Assembly: GCA_009914755.4 (NCBI GenBank)
Contig: CP086569.2
Location: forward strand, 4,288,001 to 4,352,000
Length of the DNA stretch: 64,000 bases
From: the human T2T-CHM13v2.0 reference genome, Homo sapiens
Direction: 5' to 3'
The first letter of the stretch is position 1. Every line of letters begins with the position of its first letter. Below are positions 27,109-39,795 of the stretch, in pieces. The notes under the pieces are model-generated. The model had not been told where the DNA came from and did no database searches. It saw nothing but the letters and a program-made list of their open reading frames with translations. The position numbers and the translations under genes are program-made.

Positions 27109-30100
27109 ATCACTGGTATTTTAATAGAGACTGCATTGAATCTGCAGATTGCTTTTGATAGTGTAGGCATTTTAAACATATTGATACTTCCAATCCATGA
27201 ACATGGAATATCTTTCCATTTTTTTGTGTGTGCTCATCAATGTCTTTCATCAGCATTTTATTGTTTTTATTGTAGAGATCCTTCACTTCTTTGGTTAATT
27301 CTTAGGTATTTAATTTAGTTGTGGTTATTGTAAATGTGATTAATTTTTTAATTCTTTTTTAGATTGTTCACTGTTGGGATATAGAATTGCTGCTAATTTT
27401 TGTTTGTTGGTTTTATGTCTTTCAAGTTAACTGAATATGTTTATGGGTTCTAATAGTTTTCTTAGTGGAGTTTGCAGGATTTTCCAAGTATAAAATTATA
27501 TCATCAACCTACAAGGATAATTTGACTTATTCCTTTTCAATGTAGATGCTCTTTATTTTTTTCTCTTGTCTGATTTCTCTAGTTATAACTTCCAGTACTA
27601 TGTTGAATTACATTGGTGAAAGTGGGCATCCTTGTCATGATCCAGATCTAAGAGGAGGGATTTCAGTTTTTCCACATTCAGAATAATACTACATGTGGGT
27701 CTGACATATGTGGCTTGTATTTTGTTCAGGTATTCTCCTTCTATATCCAGTGTCTTGAGAGTTTTATCATGAAGAAATGTAGAACTTTATCCCATGTGTT
27801 TTTAGTATCAATTGAAATGATTATATGGTTTTTGTTCCTCATTATGTTTTTATGATGTGTCATATTGATTGATAACATATGTTGAACCACACTTGCATCA
27901 CTGGGATAAATCCCACTTGGTCATGATGAATCATATCTTTAATGTATTGTTGAATTCAGTTTGGTAATGTTTTGTTGGGGATTTTTTGCATCATTATTCA
28001 TCAGAGATATTGGCCTGCAGTTTTCTTTTTTTGATGTGTGTTTGGTTTTGGTATCAGTGTAGTACTGGCCTTGTAGAATAAGTTTGGAAGTATTCCCTCC
28101 TCCTCAGTTTTATGGAATTATTTGTGTAGAATTAATATTAATTCTTCTTCCAATTATTGGTAAAGTCATTAGGCCCTGGGCTGTTATGGACTGGAAGACT
28201 TTTTATTATGGCTTTAATCTCATTACTTGTAATTGGTCTGCTCAGGTTTTGGATTTCTTCACAGGTCAATCTTGGTAGGCTGTATGTGTCTAGAAGTTGC
28301 TTAGAGTAGCCAGAAATGATGTTTTCAATTTCTGTGGTATCTGTTATAATGTCTCATTTTTCATCTCTGATTTTTATTTGGTTATTCTCTTTTTGTCTTA
28401 GACTGGCTAGAGTTTTGTCAATTTTATGATTTTACAAAATCTACTTTTGTTTCATTGATCTTTTGTACTTTTTTCTTTGTTTCAGCTCCAACCTTTTTTA
28501 TTATTTTAATAAAAACTCTACACTTTAACTATGCTCCCACTTTATAACATTTTTTGTTTTCCTTTATGTCTTATTGTACTGTCATAAAAAGTTGCTGTAG
28601 TTATTATTTTTAACTTTTTAATCATTTAGTCTTTTTACTTAAGAGAAGTTTACACACCACAATTTCAGCATTATATTATTCTGTTTTTTTCTGTGTACTT
28701 ACTATTAACAGTCAGCTTTGTACCTTCAGATGATTACTTGCTTATTAACATCCATTTCCTCCAGATTTATGAACTCCATTAGAATTTCTTCTGGGCAGGC
28801 CTGTTGTTGATAAAATCCCTCAGCTTGTGTTTGTCTAGGAAGGTCTTTCTTTCTCCTTCATGCTTAAAGGATTTTTTTTTTTTTTTTTTTTTGCAAGATA
28901 TAGTGTTCTAGTGCAATAGTTTTTTATCCCTCTGTACTTTATGTTATGGTGCTTCCTCCTTGCTTGTATGGTTTCCATTGAAAACTCTGCTGCTTGATGT
29001 ATCAGAGCTCCACTGTATGTTCTTTGTTTCTTTTCTCTTGTTGCTTTTAGGATCCTTTTTTATCCTTGACTTTTGCAAGTTTCATTATTAAATGTGTGAA
29101 GTAGTGTTCTTTGAGTTAAACCTGCTTGGTATTCCAAAATCTTCTTGTACTTGAATTTCAATATCTTTAGGTATGGGAAGTTATCTGTTATTAAACTTTC
29201 TACCTTTATCTCTTTCTGTACCTCTTCTTTAAGGCAAGTAACTCTTAGATTTGCACTTTGAAGGCTGTTTACTATGTCTTCTAGGCATGCTTCATTGTTT
29301 TTTATTCCTGTTTTTGTCTCCTCTGACTGTGTTTTCAAATACTCTGTCTGCAAGCTCACTAAATTTTCTTCTGCTTGATTAATTCTGCTACTAAGAGACT
29401 CTGATGTATTTTCTGCCATGTTATTTGCATTTTTCAACTCTCAAATTTCTGTTTGATTGTTTTTAATTATTTCAATCTCTGTTAAATTTACCTGATAAAA
29501 TTCTGAATTCCTTCATTGTATTATTTTGAATTTCTTTGAGTTTTCTCAACATAGGTATGTTGAATTCTATGTCCGAAAAATTATATATTTCTGTTTCTCC
29601 TGGATTGGTCCCTGGTGCCTCATTTAGTTCATTTGGTGAGGTCAAGATTTTCTACTGGGTGTTAATGGTTGTAGATATTCATTGGTTCCTGGGCATTGAA
29701 GAGTTGTATGTTTATTGTAGTCTTCACAGTCTGGGCTTGTTAATACCTGCTCTTCTTGGGAAGGCTTTTATGTATTCAAAGGGACTTGGGCCCCAAGCCC
29801 AATAAAACTAGCTATTGCAGAATCATAGAGGTACCACCTTGGTGTCTTGAATAATATGTGGAAGAATTCTTTGGATTACCAAGAAAAGACTCTTCTTTGT
29901 GCTTATGTTCTCCTAAAGAAATAGAGTCTTTCTGCACTGAGCCACCTGATACTGGAGATGTGATGATGCAAGCACCCTTGTAGCCACCACAACAGACTGT
30001 GCTTGGTCAGATCTGAAGCTAGCACAGCACTGGGCCTTACCCAAGGCCCTTATTGTCAAGGCAGCCTGTTTCCCGAGGCCCTGGGCATGTCCAGATATGC

Positions 30101-30674
30101 TGTCCGGAAACCAGGGGTTGGTCTAAAAAACCTTAGCAATTTACGTGGTATTTTATTTTACTGTGGCTAAACTAGCACTCTAATCACAATATGAAGTCCT
30201 TCCCATTCTTCCATCCACATTACATAGCCAGAGGAGCCTCTCTCTGTGGCCACTAATGCCACCTATCCAGGAAGGATTCTGGCAGGCCAGTGGCCTCCTC
30301 TGTGGCCCAGAGCAGGTCCAGAAATGCTGTCCAAGAGCCCAGGCCCAGAGGCATGGACCCCAAGAACCTGCATGTTGCTCTACCCTACTGTGGCTGAGCT
30401 GCTACCTAGGGTGCAAGACAAAATCCCCCTTAATTTTTTCTGTTCATTTTCCCAAACAGAAGGAAGCTTTCATCACAGCAACTACATCTAGGAGTATACT
30501 GGGTCACCCATGAAGCCAGCATATCTCAGAGACCAAGGCCCATGGTGTACTCACTAGGTATTTCTTCTGGTTATTCAGGGCCCAAGGGCTCTTTATTCAG
30601 CAAGTGCTGTATCCTACAAGGACTGGATCCTTCCCTTCAAAGCAGCAGGTTCCCTTTTGTACCAGTGTGGTCTA

Positions 30675-32982
30675 TGATATAGTTTGGCTGTGTCCCCATA
30701 CAAATCTCATTTTGAATTTTAGCTCCCATAAATAATCCCCACAAGTTGTGGGAGGAACCCAGTGGGAGGTAATTGAATTACGGGGTTCGGTTTTTTTCCA
30801 TGCTTTTCTCATGATAATGAATAAGTCTCAGCAGATCTGATGGTTTTATAAGGGCAGTTCCCCTGCACACGCTCTTGCCTGCATCCATGTAAGACATGCC
30901 TTTTCTCCTCCTTTGCTTTTTGTGATGATTGTGAGACCTTCCCAGCCATGTGAAACTGTGAGTCCATTGAGCCTTTTGTTCTTTATAAATCGCCCTGTCT
31001 CAGGTATTTCTTCATAACAGTATAGAAATGGACTAATAGAGTACTTGGTACTGGTAGAGTGGGGTAGTGTTATAAGGATACCCGAAAACGTGGAAGCAAC
31101 TTTGGAACTGGGTAACAGGCAGCAGTGGAAAGAGTTTGGAGGGCTCAGAAGAAGACAGGAAAATGTGGATAAGTTTGGAACCCCCTAGAGACTCTGAGGG
31201 ATCAGAAGACAGGAAGATGTGGGAAAATTTGGATCTTCCTAGAGAAGTGTTGAATGGCTTTGACCAAAATGCTAATAGTGATATGGACAATAAAGTCCAG
31301 GCTGAGGTGGGCTCAGATGGAGATGAGGAATTTATTGGGAACTGGAGCAAAGGTTACTCTTGCTATAAAAATAGACTGGTGGCATTTTGCCTCAGCCCTA
31401 GAGACCTGTGGAATTTTGAACTTGAGAGAGATAATTTAGGGTATCTGGGAGAATAAATTTCTAAGCAGCAAAATGTTCAAGAGGAAGCATAGCATCAAAG
31501 TTTGAGAAATTTGTAGCCTGACAATGCAGTAGAAAAGAAAAACCCATTTCCTGGAGAGAAATTCAAAATGGCAGAAGAAATTTGCGTAAGTAATGAGAAG
31601 CCAAATGCTAATTGCCAAGGCAATAGGAAAAATCTCTTCAGGGCCTGTTAGAGACCTTCGTGGCAGCCCCTCTCATTACAGACCCAAGGGCCTAGGAGGA
31701 AGAAGTGGTTTGCTGGGCTGGATCCAGGGCCCCACTGCTGTTAGCAGCCTCAGGACTTAATGCCCTGCATCCCAGATGCTCCAGCCATGGCTAAATGGGG
31801 CCAAGGTACAGCTTAGGCTGTGGCTTCAGAAGGTGAAAGACCCACACCTGGGCAGCTTCAACATGGTGTTGAGCCTGCAGGTGCACAGAAGTCAATTAAT
31901 TGAGGTTTGGGAACCTCCACCTAGATTTCAGAGGATGTATGCAAAGGCCTGGATATCCAGGCAGAAATTTGCTGCAAAGGTGGAACCCTCATGGAGAACC
32001 TCTGCTAGGACAGTTCAGAAGGAAAATGTGGGTTTGGAGCCCCCAAACAGAGTCCCCACTGGGTCACTGCCTAGTGGAGCTGCGAAAAGAGGCCCACCAT
32101 CCTCCAGACCCCAGAATGGTAGATCCTCGGTCAGCTTGCACCATGTGCCTAGAAAAGCCATAGACACTCAGTGCCAGCCTGTGAAAGCAGCCAAAAGGGG
32201 GGATGTATCTTGCAAAGCCACAGAGGCAGAACTGCCCAAGGCCATGGCCTCTTGCATCAGTGTGATCTGGTTGTGAGACATGGAGTCAAAGGAGATCATT
32301 TTGCAGCCTTATGATTTGACTGCCCCACTGGATTTTGGACTCACATGGGGCCTGTAGCCCCTTCATTTTTCAAATTTCCTCCATTTGCAATGGTTGTATC
32401 TACCCAATGCCTCTACCCCTATTGTATCTACAAAGTAACTAACTTGCTTTTGATTTTACAGGCTCATAGATGGAAGAGACTTGCTTGGTCTCAGATGGGG
32501 TTTTGGAATGTGGACATTTGAATGAATGCTGAAATGAGATAAGACACTGGGGGACTGTTGGAAGGGCAAAATTGTGTTTTGAATTGCGAGAACATGAGAT
32601 TTGGGAGAAGCCAGTGGCAGAATAATATGGTTTGGCTGTGTCCCCACCCAAATCTCATCTTGAATTTTACCTCCCATAATCCCTGCATGTGGTGGGAGGG
32701 GTCCAGTGGGAGGTAATTAAATCATGGGGGTGGGTTTTTCCTGTGCTGTTCTCGTGATACTGAATAAGTCTCAGGAGATCTGATGGTTTTACAAGGGTAG
32801 TTCCCCTGCACACACTCTTGCCTACCACCATGAAAGATGTGTCTTTGTTCTTACTTCAATTTCTGCCATGATTTTGAGGCCTCCCCAGCCATGTGGAACT
32901 GTGATTCCATTGAAATTTTTTTCTTTATAAATTACCCATTCTTTGGTGTTTCTTCATAGCAGTATGAAAATGAACTAATACA
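30675..32982 (+). mobile_element. Complete THE1/MST-type MaLR retroelement (LTR-internal-LTR), inserted in the L1-B 5'UTR
   Basis: The 5' LTR at 30675-31040 begins 'tgatatagtttggctgtgtccccatacaaatctcattttgaattttagctcccata...ccagtgggaggtaattgaattacgggg' and ends '...ggactaata'. The internal region spans 31040-32623. The 3' LTR at 32624-32982 begins 'taatatggtttggctgtgtccccacccaaatctcatcttgaattt' and ends '...gaactaataca'. Confidence 0.8.
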
Positions 32983-34337
32983 ATCTGTAAATGTTTTTCA
33001 GGAGCTAGAGCCTGTAATGGGGGCCTCATGACTCTACCTTGTGCCCTATCTTACTGTGGCTGACTTGGTATTCAAGACACAAAACAAAGCCCACTTTACT
33101 CTTTGTTCTTCTCTCCTTAAGCAAAAGGAATGAGTCAAGTTCATGGCTGTGAACTCTACTGTCTGAAGTTGTGGAAGGGATGTTCCAAATATACCCTTAG
33201 CTGCACCATTTGGTTTCTCCTAACATCATGTGCCACCCTACTTCATTGGCTCTAAGCCTGGCTTAGAACTAAGAGTTGTTTAAAAATTGTGGTCCTTGTG
33301 TCCTAGACTGCCTTTCAAGTTTACCTAGGATGCCAGAGAACTTTAGCATACAGTGGTGAGGCTTGCTGAGAAACTCAAATTCTGACCACTGGGATGGGTG
33401 ATTCCCCACTGGCTACCGTGTGTGTGCTGGCTGAGCGCAGTGTAACTATATTCTCCACTGTGACAAGGCAGCACTGAGTTCAGTGTAAACTTCCCCATTT
33501 TCTGTACCCTTTCTTCCCAAAGTGCACAGATTCTCTCTCTGTATAGCTCAGCTACTGCCAGTGGATGGAGGAGGGGTGGCATTGGACAGTCAAGACTGTT
33601 TCTCCTCCCCTTTGTAATGCTTTTTTCAGTAATATGAATATGAGTTTAAAACCATTACTTGGATTGCTCACCTGGATTTTGATTCTAATGATGGTGGTTT
33701 TCTGTGTGCAGATCTTTGTTAAAATTAGTGTTCCAATGGGAATGATGAATGACATGGGCTTCTGTTCTGCTATCTTGCTTGAACCACTCATCTTTCTGTT
33801 TTGATTTCTGTTTTTTCTTTTTCTTTTCTTTTTTTTTATTTTTGATTCTGGGCAATTTCACAAATCCACCAGCATCTGTGCCACAATGCAGAGGTCACAA
33901 TTTATACCGTCGTAAAAATACAAGATTTTCAAGCAGCTGTTTATGTTTCAATATTAATGTATATTTAGAAACAGCTTTTATGATTTAATAAAATGTTAAA
34001 ATTTATTTTATAGCACTGTTACCTAGTTGTGCATACTTCGACATTGCTTTTCTATTTTGGAAATGGTAGCACCTAGATTTAGGTGAAACTGGTTATCATC
34101 ATTGCTAATATTTCTCTTGACTTATGACAATAACAATTACTTTTCAAAAACCCAGTTAAACAACTTTAAAAATCGTATCTTGACAGTTTGAGGTGCATGT
34201 GATGTTATAAATTTCTGGTTCTTATTAACATGAAGTAAACACACTCTATCTTATCTCCCATAGATCAGATTATAACTAAAATCTCTGGACAAAATACTAA
34301 AAGCAATTATTGAAAATCTTAAAAAATAAGAATAAGG

Positions 34338-34756
<419 letters not shown>

Positions 34757-36336
34757 TCATCTCTCATATTGTCCAGTGCAGACTACCATATCTCCCAAAA
34801 TGACAATAAAGAATGAACAGAAATAGCACAGACTAAAACAGTTTGTCTTTAGTAAGAAAACTATATATGGTGTCCCATGTGAGAATAGTTTTTGTGTTTT
34901 GTTTTATTTTTGTTAACTTCCTAGAACTCCCTCAAGTGAGCCCCAGTAATGAAGGCGAAGCAATAGCGGGGTGGCAGTGGGCATGAAAGCACTAAAGATT
35001 CTATCTTGCTGCTTTTCCCACAAATGTATGTATTTCCAAAAGGGGTATGACAGCTGTGAGAAGAAATATCCTTGGCTTTTTAATCAGACCATCAAGAAAT
35101 CGAATCACTGAAAACTAGATAGTTTGAGGGAAATCATTGAAAAAAAAAAGGTATGAGAGGAATAGATACATTAAATATGTATATAATGTCCTGAACTTGT
35201 CTTTAAGTTGAACATGCATAGAAATAACTGGAATAAACATAGGTAAACTTTGAGAACTAGAGCACAGTATACATGACTTGTTCCAGACTAGCCCCAAAGT
35301 GGGATAAACATAGGACAAATCAGAAGAGCAGCGGAAAAACATTTAACATTAAACAAATATTTAAAACACAACCCACAGAAGGGAGTCAGGACTTCTGGTT
35401 TGAACCTAAACAGTTTGACTACTATATAAAACAACAAAAACAAAAAAAAAATCAACATTTTCCAGAAAATTTTAATAGGACACAGAGTCTCCTAACATAA
35501 TATTTAACATGTCCAAGATACAATTTCAGATTATTTGACATATAAAGAACAACAAAAAAAACCCACTTAACTCCCGTGGGACAAGACAATTATCAGACAC
35601 CAACCTTGATGTTTAGAAATGTAATTGCATTAAATAAAATAAAACAGTGAAGAAAGAGAACCAAATAGAAATTTTAGTGCTAAAAAGTACCCTCAAATTA
35701 CAAGAGAGATGTGATAACAGAATGGCATAACAGAAAATAGACTCAGTGAATTTCCAGAAAGGTCCATAGAAATTATTCTATATGAAAATCAAAAATTAAG
35801 ATAGATTTAAAAATTATGAACAAAGCTTCAGGGGTCAATGTGACAATATAAAAAATCTAGCATTTATATATTTTGAGTTTGATTATTATATAAAGAGAGG
35901 AGCAAGAGACTCTTGTAAAAGAATATTTGAAAATATGTCTGACAATTTCTCAATTTTTCTGAAATGTATACATTTCCAGGTCCAAGAAGCTCAGCAAACC
36001 ATAAGAAGGGTAAATTCACAGGAAACTATGCACAAACACATCATAGTCAAATAAGTTAAAGATTTTAAAAAAATCTTGAAAGGAGCCTAAGAAGCACATT
36101 ACACATGTGCAAAGTACAATTTTATTGACAATTTCTCATCACACACCAGGAAGATGAGAAAACTGTAGACTAACATTTACAGAGTGCTTCAAGAAAAGAG
36201 CTGAAAACAAAGAATTCTATCTTCATAAAACATATTATTCAAGACATGAGATAAAAACATATTCCATGTAAAGAAAAGTCAAAAGAGAGAATCTGTAGCT
36301 ATACTAATATCTGATAAAATATACTCTATTTGTCCA

Positions 36337-39300
36337 TTTCTGCTTTTGTTGCAATTGCTTTTGGCATCTCTGTCATGATATCTTTGTCTGTGCCTATGTC
36401 CTGAATGGTATTGACTAGGTTGTCTTCCAGGGATTGAATAGTTTTGGATTTTTCATTTAAGTCTTTAAGCCACCTTGAGTTAATTTTTGTATATGGTGTA
36501 AAGAAGGGGTCCAGTTTAAATCTTCTGCATGTGGCTTGTCAGAGAATCATTTACTCATTGCTTGTTTTTGTCAGGTTTGTCAAAGATAAGACAGTTGTAA
36601 GTGTGTGGTCATATACCTGGGTCCTCTATTCTGTTCTATTGGTCTATGTGTCTGTTTTTGTACCAGTACTATGCCATTTTGGTTACTGTAGCCCTGTAGT
36701 ATAGTTTGAAGCCATGTAGGATGATGCCTCCAGCTTTGGTCATTTGTTTAGGGTTGTCTTGGCTATAAGGGCTCTTTGTTGTTTTCATACAAATTTTAAA
36801 ATAGTTTTTTTCTAGTTCTGTGAAGAATCTCAATGGTAGTTTAATAGACATAGCATTAAATCTATGAATTGCTTTGGGCAGAATGGCCATTTCAAGGATT
36901 TTGATTCTTCCTTTCCATTAGCACCAAATGTTTTTCCATTTGCTTATGTCCTCTCTGATTTCTTAGAGCAGTGGTGTAGTTCTCTTTGTAGAGATCTTTC
37001 ACCTCCCTGGTCAGCTATATTCCTAGATATTTTATTCTTTTTGTGGCAATTGTGTATGGGAGTTCATTCCTGATTTGGCTCTTGGCTTGCCTGTTGTTAG
37101 TATATAGAAATGCTAGTGAGTTTGCCCATTAATGATAGAATGGATAGAGAAAATGTGGTACATATACATCAAGGAATACTATGCAACCATACAAAATGAG
37201 ATCATGTCCTTTGCATGGACATGGATGGAACTGGAGGCCAGTATCTTTAGCAAACACAGGAAAAGGACAGAAAACCAAATTTCACATGTTCTCACTTGTA
37301 TGTGTGAGTTAAATGATGATAAAACATGAACACACAGAGGGGGACAAACACACTTGGGCCTTTTGGATGGTGAAGGGTGGGAGGTGGGAGAGGATCAGAA
37401 AAAAATAACTAATGGGTACTGATATGGTTTGACTGTGACCCCACCCACATCTCATCTTGAATTGTAGCACCCATAACTCCCATGGGTTGTGAAAGGAGCA
37501 TGGTGGGAGATAATTGAATCATAGGGGCAGGCCTTTCCCATGCTATCCTCATGATGGTGAATAAGTCTTATGAGATCCAATGGTTTCACAAAGGGGATTT
37601 TCCATGCTCAAGTTATCTTCTCTTCTCTGCTGCCATGTGAGATGTGCCTTTCACCCTCTGCAAGGGTTGTGAGGCCCCCACAACCACATAGAACTTTGAG
37701 TCCATTAAATCTGTTTCTTTTGGAAATTGCCCAGTCTCAGGTATGTCATTATCAGCAGCATGAAAACGGACTAATACAGCCAGTATTGGGGTGCTGCTGC
37801 AAAGATACCAGAAGATGTGGAAGCAAATTTGTAACTAAGTAACTGGGAGATGTTGGAACAGTTTGGAGGGCTTAAAAGAAGATAGAAAAACGTGGAAAAG
37901 TTTGGAACTTCCCAGAGGCTTGTTGAATGACTTTGACAAAATGTTGATAATGACATAGACAATGAAATCCAGGCTGAGGTGGTCTCAGATGGAAATGAAG
38001 AAATTGTTGGAAACTAGAGCAAAGGTGATTCTTGTTATATTTTAGCAAAGAGACTGGTGGCATTTTGCCCCTGCCCTAGAGATTTGTGGAACTTTGAACT
38101 TGAGAGAGATAATTTAGGCTATCTGGTGGAAGAAATTTCTAAACAGCAAAGCATTCAAGAGGTGACTTGGGTGCTGTTAAAGGCATTCAGTTTTATAAGA
38201 GAGGCAGAGCATAAAAGTTTGAAAAATTTGCAGCCTGACAATGTGATAGAAAATTCAATTTTCTGAGGAGTAATTCAAGACAGCTGAAGAAACTTGCATA
38301 AGTAAGGAGGAGCTGAATGTTAATCCCCAAGACAATGTCACTAGGACATGTCAGCGGTCTTCATGGAAGCCCCTCCCATCACAAGCTTGGAGGCCTAGGA
38401 GGAAAAAAATGGTTTTGTGGGCCTGGCCCAGGATCCCTGTACAAGCCTAGGGTCTTGGTGCCCTGTGTCTCAGCTGCTCCAGCCAAAAGGGTCCAACATA
38501 GAGCTCAGGCTGTGGCTTGAGAGGATTCAAGCCCCAAGCCTTGGCAGCTTCCACATGATATTGAGCTTGCAAGTGCACAGAAGTCTGGAAATGGGGTTTG
38601 GGAACGTCTGCCTAGATTTCAGAGGATGGATGGAAATGCCTGGGTGTCCAGGCAGAAGTTTGCTGCAGAGGTGGGGCCCTCATGGAGAATCTCTGCTAGG
38701 GCAGTGCAGAAGGGAAATAGGGGGCTGGAGCCACTACACAAAATCCCCACTGGGACACTGCCTAGTGGAGCTGTGAAAAGAGGCCCACCATCTTCCAGAA
38801 CCCCAAATGGTAGATCCATAGACAGCTTACACCATGCACCTGGAAAAGCTGCAGACAGTCAACACCAGCCCTTGAAAGCAGCTTGGAGGGAAGCTGTACC
38901 CTGCAAAGCCACAGGGGCAGAGCTGCCTAAGATCATGGAACCGATCTCTTGCATCAGCATGAACCAGATGTGAGACATGGAGAGAAAGCAGATCATTTTG
39001 GAACTTTAAAATTTGACAGCGATTTTGGACTTGCATGGGGCCTGTAGCTCCTTTGTTTTGGCCAATTTTTCTCATTTGAAACAGGTGAATTTCACCAAAG
39101 CCTGTACCCCCATTGTATTTAGGAAGTAACTAACTTGCCTTCGATTATACAGGCTCATAGGTGGAAGAGACTTGCCTTATCTTCGATGAGACTTTGGATT
39201 GTGGAATTCTGAGTTCATGCTGAAATGAATTAAGGCCTTGGGGACTGTTGGGAACGCATTAATGGTTTTGAGATCTAAGGACATGAGATTTCGGAGGGCC

Positions 39301-39795
39301 CAGGGGTGGAATAATATGGTTTGGCTGTGTTGCTGCCCAAATCTCATCTTGAATTATAGCTCCCATAATTCTCACATATTGTGGGAGGGACCCAGTGGGA
39401 GATAATTGAATCATGGGGCCAGGTCTTTACCATGCTATTCTCATGATAGTGAATGAGTCTAATGAGATCTGATGGTTTTATAAAGGGGAGTTTTGCTACA
39501 CAAGTTCTCTTCTCTTGTTTGCCACCATGTGAAATATGCCTTTCACCTTCCACCATAATTGTGTGGCCTCCCCAGCCACGTGGAACTGTTAGTCTATTAA
39601 ACCTCTTTATTTTGTATATTGCCCAGTCTTTACATATGTCTTTATCGGCAGCCAGAAAATGGACTCATACAGGCACCAGGCTTAATAACTGGGTGATGAA
39701 ATAATCTGTACAATAAATTCTCATGGTACAAATTTACTTATGTAACAAACCTGCACATGTACCCCTAAACTATAATAAAAGTTCAAAATAAAGCA
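36337..39795 (+). mobile_element. 5'-truncated, 5'-inverted L1 (L1PA/PB-type 3' portion) nested in L1M; itself split by THE1
   Basis: 36340-37090 is L1 ORF2 C-terminal sequence in antisense orientation. 37095-37419 is the sense ORF2 C-terminus (ORF 37132-37329: MIEWIEKMWYIYIKEYYATIQNEIMSFAWTWMELEASIFSKHRKRTENQISHVLTCMCELNDDKT) plus the start of the 3'UTR. The 3'UTR resumes after THE1 at 39672-39795 ('...ttatgtaacaaacctgcacatgtacccctaaactataataaaagtt'). This is the classic twin-priming inversion structure. Confidence 0.7.
37420..39671 (+). mobile_element. Complete THE1-type MaLR retroelement (LTR-internal-LTR) inserted in the L1 3'UTR
   Basis: The 5' LTR at 37420-37785 reads 'tgatatggtttgactgtgaccccacccacatctcatcttgaattgtagcacccataactcccatgggttgtgaaagg...'. 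The internal part is paralogous to 31040-32620. The 3' LTR at 39310-39671 ends 'ggactcataca'. The flanking pentamers are ggtac/ggcac, a possible TSD. Confidence 0.8.

Larger units (their letters stand above)
23975..33795 (-). mobile_element. Full-length old L1 (same broad family as L1-A), antisense; 'L1-B'; interrupted by HERV-K LTR5, Alu and THE1
   Basis: The antisense L1 3'UTR at 23975-24480 ('gtacaggcatgcaatgcataatagttacaccatggagaatggggtatccatcac...') is followed by ORF2 C-terminal sequence. The ORF2 RT region lies at 27130-29060 and the ORF1 C-terminus at 29060-29437 (minus-strand ORF). The 5'UTR at 29800-30675 and 32983-33795 is paralogous (~75-80% identity by eye) to the L1-A 5'UTR and ends with the antisense 5' terminus 'ttctgctatcttgcttg'. 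Confidence 0.85.

Noticed and set aside
31776-32276. 166-aa ORF (and 87-aa overlap) inside the THE1 internal region, with a paralogous 119/115-aa ORF at 38417-38973
   Set aside because: Both lie in the non-coding internal sequence of the two THE1/MaLR copies. THE1 internal regions do not encode proteins. The two ORFs are paralogous repeats of each other, which points to repeat origin rather than a conserved gene.
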